A stretch of 64,000 nucleotides of DNA from the NCBI GenBank assembly GCA_965200315.1, contig OZ241362.1:2368001-2432000 (forward strand), written 5' to 3'. The notes beneath the pieces are model-generated. The model searched no databases. It was not told the DNA's origin and was given only the letters and a program-made list of their open reading frames with translations. The position numbers and the translations under genes were made by a program. The DNA comes from Candidatus Latescibacterota bacterium. Lineage in GTDB: Bacteria > Latescibacterota > UBA2968 > UBA8231. Below are positions 30,501 through 38,253 of this stretch, in pieces (position 1 is the stretch's first letter; every line of letters starts with the position of its first letter).

Positions 30501-31745
30501 CTAGGGGCTAAAAAAGTGCGTCAACTGCGACCATCCCAAGAAGGTCTCCAGCAGCGTGCCCAGCACCAAAGCGGCCAGCAGAATGGCTTTGCCCCCGTCT
30601 TGGCCTTTAAGGCTACCGAGCATTCGCGGTTCGCCCGACAGATAGGCGCTGGCTGCATAGAGCTCTTCGCCGAGCAGGGTGTAGTCGCATGTAGTGACGA
30701 AAAAGGGAAGTTGGGTAAAGGCGTCCGTGCCGGCGATCTGGATTGCCCCGGTCGTGGAGCCGGTTTCGGCCAACAGCAGCGACTCGGCGTAGAAATATCC
30801 CATCATAATATGAGCCGCCGGGCGGTCGCGGACCATGATGCCCTCGACTGCTGCCGCATAGCTGAACTGCTCGGTGCTGGCGACGAAAACGTGGTCGGGG
30901 TTAAACGCGTCGGGCCGCCCCGCCTCCACATAAGAGGCTTTCACCGTCTCCTGACTCACCGACATAACTACCGGGTCAGGAGCCACCACCCGCAGCGCGG
31001 TGTCGTATTCGGCCGTACGCCGCGCAAGCCGCCCCAAGATATTGACCGCGGCAATGGTTGGTATCTGGCTCATGTCGCGCAAGCCGTGGATGAAAAGCAC
31101 CGGCTTGCCCATCTCGGTCGCCCGCCCCAACGCCTCGTCCAGTGCCTCTAGCCCGGCGATGCGACGGATCTTGAGCTCGCGCCGCCGCGCAATGCCAATG
31201 TAGCCCATGATAAGCCCTGAAAAAACGAGGCACAACACCAAGTTATTGACCTTGGCGCGGTTAAAAAAATTGCCTTTGGACTCGGCGTTGACGATCACTT
31301 TGCCGCGGATCGCGCCCCCGGCCGACCGCACATCGATGTGAAAGTAATAAGTCTTACCATCTTCTAGCGGCGTCTTGCCACCCGCGCCGGCGAATTCCTC
31401 GACATTGACATAGTGATGATTCTCCAGATCGGCCCCACGACCAAAGAGCCCCGGTGCCTCGGACATCAAATTCCCCGTTGCCACAACCTCGGCCACGACG
31501 CGAAAAGGCCCGCTGGGCGAATCGGCGATGGCGACCTGATACATCGCATTTTCGCTGATCCGACGATCTCGCGGCCAAGTCAGCGTAATGCTGCCCCCGT
31601 CGTCGTTGGGCGTGTCGAAGGCTTGGACCTCGATCGGCGGTTCAGGATGTGCCAGCAACGTGCTGAGTCCTCGTTCCGCATTCTCCGCCGCGCTCGCCAA
31701 CGGCCAAGCCAAGACCAACACAGACAGCCAGTTTTTTGCTCTCAT
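30501..31745 (-). CDS. FN3-like periplasmic domain plus DUF6754-like membrane-anchored domain protein
   Basis: Signal peptide; DTPNDDGGSITLTW...YYF FN3-like; TM; IRRIAGL.A..EA.GRATEMGKPV and TQLPFFVTTCDYTLLGEELYAASAY motifs (family name from recall). Confidence 0.75.
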   Translation of the reverse strand: MRAKNWLSVLVLAWPLASAAENAERGLSTLLAHPEPPIEVQAFDTPNDDGGSITLTWPRDRRISENAMYQVAIADSPSGPFRVVAEVVATGNLMSEAPGLFGRGADLENHHYVNVEEFAGAGGKTPLEDGKTYYFHIDVRSAGGAIRGKVIVNAESKGNFFNRAKVNNLVLCLVFSGLIMGYIGIARRRELKIRRIAGLEALDEALGRATEMGKPVLFIHGLRDMSQIPTIAAVNILGRLARRTAEYDTALRVVAPDPVVMSVSQETVKASYVEAGRPDAFNPDHVFVASTEQFSYAAAVEGIMVRDRPAAHIMMGYFYAESLLLAETGSTTGAIQIAGTDAFTQLPFFVTTCDYTLLGEELYAASAYLSGEPRMLGSLKGQDGGKAILLAALVLGTLLETFLGWSQLTHFFSP

Positions 31746-31748
31746 GCC

Positions 31749-32864
31749 TTATTCCTCAATCAACTCCACATTCGCCCGTGGCACTATCGCCTGCTCCCCG
31801 TCTTCAAACTCCACGGCCAATACCCGCACCCGCGCCCCGGATTCGACCTCGCACAACTCGGTCGGCAAGTCGCTAACGCGCCCAATTTGCCCAAAATAGG
31901 GCATTCGAATCACGCGCAACAAATCGCCCACCTGCAACCCTTCCTCACCCGTCCGCACCTCTTCTTCCTCTTTGTCAGCGGCTGTAGGGACGATAATTTC
32001 CGGCCGCAAGACGCCAGCGCGGATCTGAGTCGCACCGGCCATAGACGCATCCATGCCAGCGTACGCTTGCAGAATATCAAAGGTCTTGCGGGCCATGGCG
32101 ACGCGGCCAAAGCCCTCGGTCGCTACTACCGTCAGGCCGATCTGCTCAGTCCCGGTGATAGCCACGCCCAAGTCGCGGCCAAGCAAGTCGCGCAAGTCGC
32201 TGTCGCGCAGGCCGCCGCCGATCAACCCCACGGCACCTGCTTGCCGAGCCTGTTCCACGGTCTCCGCGCTAATCAGGCTGCCGACCACCACAATCTTGCC
32301 CGCAACTTCCGGGCCCAGCGACTCGGCTGTGGCGTCTGGAGCATCAACGGCCAGGTGCAGCGCACCCCAGCACTCGCCTCCCACGCCGAAAATACCTTGG
32401 ATATAAGCACCACGCGCTGCGACGCGCATACCCTCCTCGGCAAAAACTTCCTCTACGATCCCATCGACGTACGCCAGCACTTCGACCGGCTTGGGAGCTT
32501 GCCGCAATATCACCTGCCCGGTCACCGGCGAAATGCTCTCGACGGTGCCGCTGACCGGAGATTCAATCGTGGTCTTGAACCAGCGAATAAATGGCTTGGT
32601 CTCGGCGAGCGGCTCGTCGGCTTCGACCCGGTCGCCCTCTTTTTTGAGCATATAGCCGGCTAGCTCTTGCGGCGAGATGCCCAAGCGGTTGACCAAGTTG
32701 AGGGTCGCCACCTCGCCCGGCAGTTCGGTGCGAGCCACAACTTGGTCTCGGCGCACAGCTTGGCCGCGCTCGACGACAACCTCGCCTTTGAGGGGCAACC
32801 GCCGCTCTTTGTGGACGACTGCGTGTTGCGTCACGCGCAGGCCAGGGGTATAAGCATGGGCCAT
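31749..32864 (-). CDS. Hypothetical soluble protein with hybrid (biotinyl/lipoyl-like) motifs and C-terminal KOW-like domain
   Basis: GEVVVERGQAV / KKEGDRVEADEPLA / SPVSGTV repeats; LQVGDLLRVIRMPYFGQIGRV KOW-like motif. Confidence 0.75.
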   Translation of the reverse strand: MAHAYTPGLRVTQHAVVHKERRLPLKGEVVVERGQAVRRDQVVARTELPGEVATLNLVNRLGISPQELAGYMLKKEGDRVEADEPLAETKPFIRWFKTTIESPVSGTVESISPVTGQVILRQAPKPVEVLAYVDGIVEEVFAEEGMRVAARGAYIQGIFGVGGECWGALHLAVDAPDATAESLGPEVAGKIVVVGSLISAETVEQARQAGAVGLIGGGLRDSDLRDLLGRDLGVAITGTEQIGLTVVATEGFGRVAMARKTFDILQAYAGMDASMAGATQIRAGVLRPEIIVPTAADKEEEEVRTGEEGLQVGDLLRVIRMPYFGQIGRVSDLPTELCEVESGARVRVLAVEFEDGEQAIVPRANVELIEE

Positions 32865-32867
32865 GAG

Positions 32868-34649
32868 CTACTCGTATAGGTTTAACGCCTGCTGCCAGTC
32901 GCTTATCTGATGGCGGCGGTCGCGGTCTGTCGCCATCTGGATGGGCCGACCGCGACCGTCCAGCACTAGTCCTGCGACCCCGCCGCACACCCTTGCATTT
33001 AGGGCTTGTCCCGGGCCAGCACCCACATCCCAACGCCGCGCCGGTTGGAGCGAAACTTCAACCTCCTCGCCATCGGCCAAGGGCATCCACTGTAGCTGGC
33101 CAAACTGTAACTCGCCGGTTTGCCGCCCGCTGGGCAGTTCAATTTCGTATTGGAGGCAGACCTCGCCGCCCTTACCCTCGCCGACGGGGGCCACACAAGT
33201 GCCCAAGTAGATCAGACAATCGCGCTCAAAAACCTCGGTGGCAGCCCGCTCGTCAACAGTCGAGAGCACCCCTAGGTGGGGCATCATAAAAATGCTATCG
33301 ACGGCCAATCGGGTGACGCCTTCGGGCTGAAAGGCATCTATGAGCATGGCGCAACTCTGCTCGCGGCGGGGCGCGTGCGAGAGCACACCACCGCTGCCGA
33401 CTAGCATGTCTAGCGCCATCATCTCGACCAAACTCTCGCCGGTGGCACCCTGCTCAAAGACATCGGCTAGCGTGCGCTTGCTCTGCACCCCCTTCAATCC
33501 CACTGCCAACGCCCGGTGCTGGTCAAAAGCCAAGCGCAAAGCCTCGCGGGCAATGGCTTGCTCGACTTGCAATTCCTGCATGAGCTGGGGGATGGTAGTA
33601 GGGCGGATCATCTTGTTTTTGATCCGGTCTCGGAGGTCGGCCTCCTCAATATCGAAAGGAACCCAGCGCATGATTTGGTCGAGTCCGGCTTCGGCTAGCA
33701 CGTTGGAGACGCTGTAGGACATGCCGAGATTGGCACTGACCGTGCGGTTGAAAACGCCGTCGAAAACGCTGAACACATCGGTCGTCGCCCCGCCGATATC
33801 CACGCCGACGACGTTGATCCCCTGTTGGCGGGCAATAGCCTGCATGATCTCGCCCACTGCCCCAGGCGTCGGCATAATCGGCGCGCTGGTCCAGTCCATC
33901 AGCTTGCTATAGCCAGGAGCCTGCGCCATGACGTGTTCGAGGAAGAGATCGTGAATGACGTGCCGCGCCGGGTCCAGATTTTCCTTTTCGAGTACGGGGC
34001 GGATATTCTCGGTAACGGTCAGGGCCATCTTACCCCCCAGCGCCTTTTCAACCTCCTCGCGTGCGTCCTCATTCCCCGCAAAAATAACCGGCAACTTGAA
34101 GTCCGCGCCAAAGCGGGGTCTAGGATCGGCTGCGCTGATGAATTCGGCCAACTCGACCACGTGACTGACAGTGCCGCCATCGGTGCCGCCCGACAGCAAC
34201 ACCATATCGGGACGCAATTGGCGGATACGCTCTATTTTTTCGTGCGGCAAGCGCCCATCGTTGGTAGCGAGCGCGTCCATGACGATCGCCCCGGCTCCCA
34301 AGGCGCAGCGCTGGGCGCTCTCGCCGGTCATCGCCATCACCACACCGGCAACCACCATCTGCAACCCACCGCCCGCACTGCTCGTCGAGATGTAGATATC
34401 GACCCCGACATTGCCGTCAGCCGGTGCGATAATCCGCTCGCCATCGAGGATCTGCCGCCCGGAAAGCTCCTCAACCTCTTGAATGGCGTTGAGCACCCCC
34501 CGAGTGACGTCTTCAAAGGGGGCCTCAACCGTGGTTGGGGCCTCGCCGCGAAAGGTCTGGCGATACCCTTCGTCCTTCTTTTCGATCAGGATCGCCTTGG
34601 TCGTCGTACTGCCGCAGTCCGTGGCGATAACTACGTTGAGGTCATCCAT
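32868..34649 (-). CDS. GlmL/MutL (glutamate mutase L) family ASKHA ATPase with C-terminal extension
   Basis: DCGSTTTK phosphate-1, SSAGGGL, LSGGTDGG, MPTPGAV, VDIGGATTDVFS phosphate-2, RTVSANLGM, GSGGVLSH. Confidence 0.85.
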   Translation of the reverse strand: MDDLNVVIATDCGSTTTKAILIEKKDEGYRQTFRGEAPTTVEAPFEDVTRGVLNAIQEVEELSGRQILDGERIIAPADGNVGVDIYISTSSAGGGLQMVVAGVVMAMTGESAQRCALGAGAIVMDALATNDGRLPHEKIERIRQLRPDMVLLSGGTDGGTVSHVVELAEFISAADPRPRFGADFKLPVIFAGNEDAREEVEKALGGKMALTVTENIRPVLEKENLDPARHVIHDLFLEHVMAQAPGYSKLMDWTSAPIMPTPGAVGEIMQAIARQQGINVVGVDIGGATTDVFSVFDGVFNRTVSANLGMSYSVSNVLAEAGLDQIMRWVPFDIEEADLRDRIKNKMIRPTTIPQLMQELQVEQAIAREALRLAFDQHRALAVGLKGVQSKRTLADVFEQGATGESLVEMMALDMLVGSGGVLSHAPRREQSCAMLIDAFQPEGVTRLAVDSIFMMPHLGVLSTVDERAATEVFERDCLIYLGTCVAPVGEGKGGEVCLQYEIELPSGRQTGELQFGQLQWMPLADGEEVEVSLQPARRWDVGAGPGQALNARVCGGVAGLVLDGRGRPIQMATDRDRRHQISDWQQALNLYE

Positions 34650-34977
34650 GCTTTTGGCTTTCGCGCTGGGCAATGGCCTCCGCGAGTAGGTCTATAGATT
34701 GACGGCGCTCCAACATGCGCGTAAATCGCTCGTACTCATCTCGCGAAAAAACCAGCGTGGCAAATGGAGCCAAAAAGGTCAGGGCTTGGCTGCCCAAAAA
34801 ATTGAGGGGGCGGCAAGCCTCCAATGCCATAGACGCAGCCGCTCCCATGCGGCGACTCACTATAAACTCGGCCAGCCGCTCGGCCAGCGTACGCTCTTCC
34901 TCAGACCAACCTACCTCTGGATCTTCGAGGGCAAAAGCGTGCCGCCACCGCGCTTTTAAACTATCGACTTGAAACAT
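34642..34977 (-). CDS. Hypothetical protein
   Basis: Overlaps both neighbours; RRMG..A...LE..RPLNFLGSQ motif. Confidence 0.7.
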   Translation of the reverse strand: MFQVDSLKARWRHAFALEDPEVGWSEEERTLAERLAEFIVSRRMGAAASMALEACRPLNFLGSQALTFLAPFATLVFSRDEYERFTRMLERRQSIDLLAEAIAQRESQKHG

Positions 34978-35377
34978 GGCACCGGACGAAACGCGCAACT
35001 TCTTCGCGGTTTTGATCAAAGCGCAAAAAAACGCCGCGAAAGGAATCCAGCCGACCTAGGCGAGCGGACGGACGTAAAAAAATACCGTCCCGATGTTCGT
35101 CTGCTCGACGGAATTCCGCCCAAGAACGGCACTGTTTAAGGCCGAGATGTTGACTGCTGACGCCGACGCCGTCGAGCGCATAGCGCGTAGGGAAGAAATA
35201 GCGCGACAGCGAAGCAGTCAATGCTCCGAGTGAAAACACCCCGTAAAACCAATGCTCAAAACCGAAAGCGGCGGCCGCTGAGGAAGCGACCATGAGCGCG
35301 ATTAGCAGTATCGACTTTGCCGGCCGCTCCCGGCGCAGGGGGTGACTTTCCCAGTGGAGAGAGGCTGCGGAGGACAC
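34961..35377 (-). CDS. Hypothetical 2-TM protein with PH-like C-terminal part (GTG start)
   Basis: W.SHP, two hydrophobic helices, YFFPTRY, RLDSFRG; AAGGA RBS. Confidence 0.7.
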   Translation of the reverse strand: MSSAASLHWESHPLRRERPAKSILLIALMVASSAAAAFGFEHWFYGVFSLGALTASLSRYFFPTRYALDGVGVSSQHLGLKQCRSWAEFRRADEHRDGIFLRPSARLGRLDSFRGVFLRFDQNREEVARFVRCHVSSR

Positions 35378-35387
35378 AGCCGCGTCC

Positions 35388-37220
35388 TTAGTACATCTGC
35401 GCTTCCTGCGCGACCCACCAGTCTTGCAAGCGGACGCCGGGGGGATACCAAGTGACGCCACTGAAGCGCCGGCTATAGGCTTGGGCATTGCGCGGCTTCC
35501 ACAGGAAGGTGTATGGCTGTTCCTCGTGCAGGATTGCTTGGAAACGCTGGTAGAGTGCAATGCGCCTTTCCATATCGAACTCGCGGCGATAGTCCTCCAA
35601 AATTTGATCAACCTCGGCGTTGATGAAGCTCACCGCGTTGGAGCCGTTTTCTACGGTCTGGGAGGAATGCCAGATCTGGTAACCGTCGGGCGCGAACCTC
35701 ACATTGCCGGTCCAGCCCAGCACCATGGCGTCAAAATCCTTGCCGCGGACCTTCTGTAAAAAAATCGACCAGTCTAACTCGCGCACTTGGCAGTCAATGC
35801 CAATATCCTGCAACTCGTATTGCAAGGTTAGGGCGATATCTTTGCGGATCTGGTTGCCCGAATTGATCAAAATCTCAAAGCGAAATGGCACTAGCTCCCC
35901 GTCGATGGTCTTGTCGAGAATGCCATCCTCGTCGGCATCCTCCCAGCCAGCTTCCGCCAGCAGATCGAGGGCGCGGTCGGGATCGTACGCGTACGGCGCG
36001 AGGCCGTGGTTGTATTCGGGGCGGAACTTGTGGATCGGCCCCTCCACCGTCTCGGCTAGGCCGAACATGATGTTTTCGACCATGCCCTCGCGGTCGGTCA
36101 AATGGGTCATGGCTTGGCGTACCCGCTTGTCGCCAAAAATTGGATGTTTGTTGTTCCAGCCGATGTACATATATCCACCGGCGTAGCTAACGCCTTTGAG
36201 GAAGCGGCGGTTGAAGTCTTCCGACCAGCTCTTTTCCCTAAATTCCAACGGACGCAGAGTGTGGTAGTCGAGGTTGCCGTTGGTCAACTCGATGAATGCC
36301 GCGTCGGTATTGTTGATGATGTTAAAGACGATCTTATCGACAAAGCCAGGTGGCAGCAGCCCTTCCACATCCCGCCCCCAGTAGTTCGCATTTCGCGTCA
36401 GCACGACTTTCTGCTGGGTGACCAAGTCTCGCTCTGGATCTTCGATTATATACGGCCCCGAGCCTAATACCTTGCGGTTGAAATTTTGATTGAATTGTTC
36501 GGCAAAGCGCTCGACTCGCTCTTTGTGCGGCCCCTCCTCCCAAGAACCATCCACCAAACTCTTGACCTCGACTGGGTCCAGCAAACCCTCCGGATCGTAA
36601 AAGTGCTTAGGTAGGATACTGAATGAACCCAACATCAAATCGTTGCGGAAATAGGGCTTGTCGCACAGGAAGCTAACCTTGTTGGCCCCTACCTGTTGTA
36701 CCACCTCGACGGCGGCATAGTAGTTGCGCAGATGCGGCGTCAGCACTTGGGGATTGTGGATGACCTTCATGCTGAAGACGACGTCCGCAGCCGTCAGCGG
36801 CTTGCCGTCTGAGAAGTAAACCCCATCGCGCAGCTCAAATGTATAGGTGAGTTTGTCCGCGGAAATGTTCGGGTAGCCTTTGGCGACTAGCCCTCGCAAC
36901 GCGTAGGGCGGGTCCGATTCGGCGTCGAGCAGGCCTTCAAATACGTAATTCAAGACCATGCTGGCACCGGCATCGTTGGAGGTGTACGGATTGAGTTTCT
37001 CTGGGTCGGACAGCATGTGGCGCACCATCCAGTCGCCGTAGGTCGGCTCTTCTCCGCTCTCGTAGCGCAGCGGCACCTTCGCAGTGCCGTCGAGCACGAT
37101 GATATCCTTGGTACTCAGGAGAATTTCCTGCACTACTTCCCACGACGACTCAGCGACGGCATGATCGCCGATACAGATACCCAACCAAGCGGCCACTGCG
37201 AACATTTTAACTTTTGGCAT
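35388..37220 (-). CDS. Peptide ABC transporter substrate-binding protein (family 5)
   Basis: SDPEKLNP, YTFELRDGVYFSDGKPLTAADVVFS, GSGPY, DKRVRQAM, LLAEAGW. Confidence 0.93.
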   Translation of the reverse strand: MPKVKMFAVAAWLGICIGDHAVAESSWEVVQEILLSTKDIIVLDGTAKVPLRYESGEEPTYGDWMVRHMLSDPEKLNPYTSNDAGASMVLNYVFEGLLDAESDPPYALRGLVAKGYPNISADKLTYTFELRDGVYFSDGKPLTAADVVFSMKVIHNPQVLTPHLRNYYAAVEVVQQVGANKVSFLCDKPYFRNDLMLGSFSILPKHFYDPEGLLDPVEVKSLVDGSWEEGPHKERVERFAEQFNQNFNRKVLGSGPYIIEDPERDLVTQQKVVLTRNANYWGRDVEGLLPPGFVDKIVFNIINNTDAAFIELTNGNLDYHTLRPLEFREKSWSEDFNRRFLKGVSYAGGYMYIGWNNKHPIFGDKRVRQAMTHLTDREGMVENIMFGLAETVEGPIHKFRPEYNHGLAPYAYDPDRALDLLAEAGWEDADEDGILDKTIDGELVPFRFEILINSGNQIRKDIALTLQYELQDIGIDCQVRELDWSIFLQKVRGKDFDAMVLGWTGNVRFAPDGYQIWHSSQTVENGSNAVSFINAEVDQILEDYRREFDMERRIALYQRFQAILHEEQPYTFLWKPRNAQAYSRRFSGVTWYPPGVRLQDWWVAQEAQMY

Positions 37221-37257
37221 ATTCTCCCCTTTGTACTAACCAGCTAGACCCAATCCA

Positions 37258-38178
37258 TTACACAAAGGTCAACCATCCGTGCCGGTCTTCGACTCCGACG
37301 CGGACCACGGCGAAAAAAGCGTCTTGTATCTGCGCGGTGATCGGCCCGCACTTTCCACAGCCGATCTGCACTTGGTCTATGGCGCGGATCGGCGTGATTT
37401 CGGCGGCCGTGCCAGTGAAGAAGACCTCATCGGCGATGTAGAGGAATTCGCGCGGAATCCCGCGCTGCTCGACCCGCATCCCCAGATCGCGTATCAGGGT
37501 AATGGCGGTGTGGCGGGTGATGCCCGGCAGGATGGCAAAACACGACTCAGGCGTGTAGATCAAGCCATTTTTGATGACAAAGATATTCTCGCCGCTGCCC
37601 TCGCTCACCAACCCATCCGTTCCCAAGACAATGCCCTCGTCATAGCCGTTGGCATTGGCTTCGATCCGCACGAGCTGCGAGTTGAGGTAGTTGCCGCCGG
37701 CCTTGGCCAAGGCGGGAAACGTATTCGGGGCCATGCGGTTCCACGACGAGGTGCAAACCGAAACGCCGTTTTTCAGCGCCGCTTCTCCAAGGTACTCTCC
37801 CCACTCCCAAACGGCGATCACTACGTCAACCGGACACCCCATCGGATCAACCCCCAAGTTCTCATAGCCGCGGAAGACAACCGGGCGAATATAGCAGGCC
37901 GCGAGCCGATTGACGCGGATCGTCTCGAGGATAGCCTCTTTGATTTCCTCTCGCGTATAGGGAATGTCCATGCGGTAGATTTTGGCGGAATCAAATAGCC
38001 TGTTGACGTGCTCGTCAAGGCGGAATACGGCCGAGCCTTTCGCGGTCTTGTAACAGCGAATGCCTTCAAAAACGCTTGAACCGTAGTGTACTACGTGGGA
38101 GAGCACGTGGATTTTGGCGTCGTCCCAATCGACCAATTGGCCATTGAACCAGATCTTATCGCATTTAGGCAGGGGCAT
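37258..38178 (-). CDS. ilvE: Branched-chain amino acid aminotransferase
   Basis: [49 protein letters not shown]. Confidence 0.96.
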   Translation of the reverse strand: MPLPKCDKIWFNGQLVDWDDAKIHVLSHVVHYGSSVFEGIRCYKTAKGSAVFRLDEHVNRLFDSAKIYRMDIPYTREEIKEAILETIRVNRLAACYIRPVVFRGYENLGVDPMGCPVDVVIAVWEWGEYLGEAALKNGVSVCTSSWNRMAPNTFPALAKAGGNYLNSQLVRIEANANGYDEGIVLGTDGLVSEGSGENIFVIKNGLIYTPESCFAILPGITRHTAITLIRDLGMRVEQRGIPREFLYIADEVFFTGTAAEITPIRAIDQVQIGCGKCGPITAQIQDAFFAVVRVGVEDRHGWLTFV

Positions 38179-38253
38179 GTAGAAAACCTCCTTGAGCAAG
38201 TACGCGAATAATTAAGGTAACACCACGGCGAAACCGTTACCAGTGTTAAGCGA

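Noticed and set aside
31413-32663. 416-aa plus-strand ORF and other long antisense ORFs (e.g. 20742-21662, 33825-34697, 24462-25229)
   Set aside because: Shadow frames of well-supported minus-strand genes in high-GC DNA; no motifs or RBS.
32868-34649. DNA mismatch repair MutL, or a glutamate fermentation locus
   Set aside because: The motifs are ASKHA-type, not GHKL; the name overlap is coincidental; no glutamate mutase subunits are in the window.
38216-38250. Possible hairpin upstream of ilvE (GGTAAC...GTTACC) as a riboswitch or T-box
   Set aside because: The intergenic space is only ~75 nt with no T-box or riboswitch consensus; at most a weak hairpin or operator.
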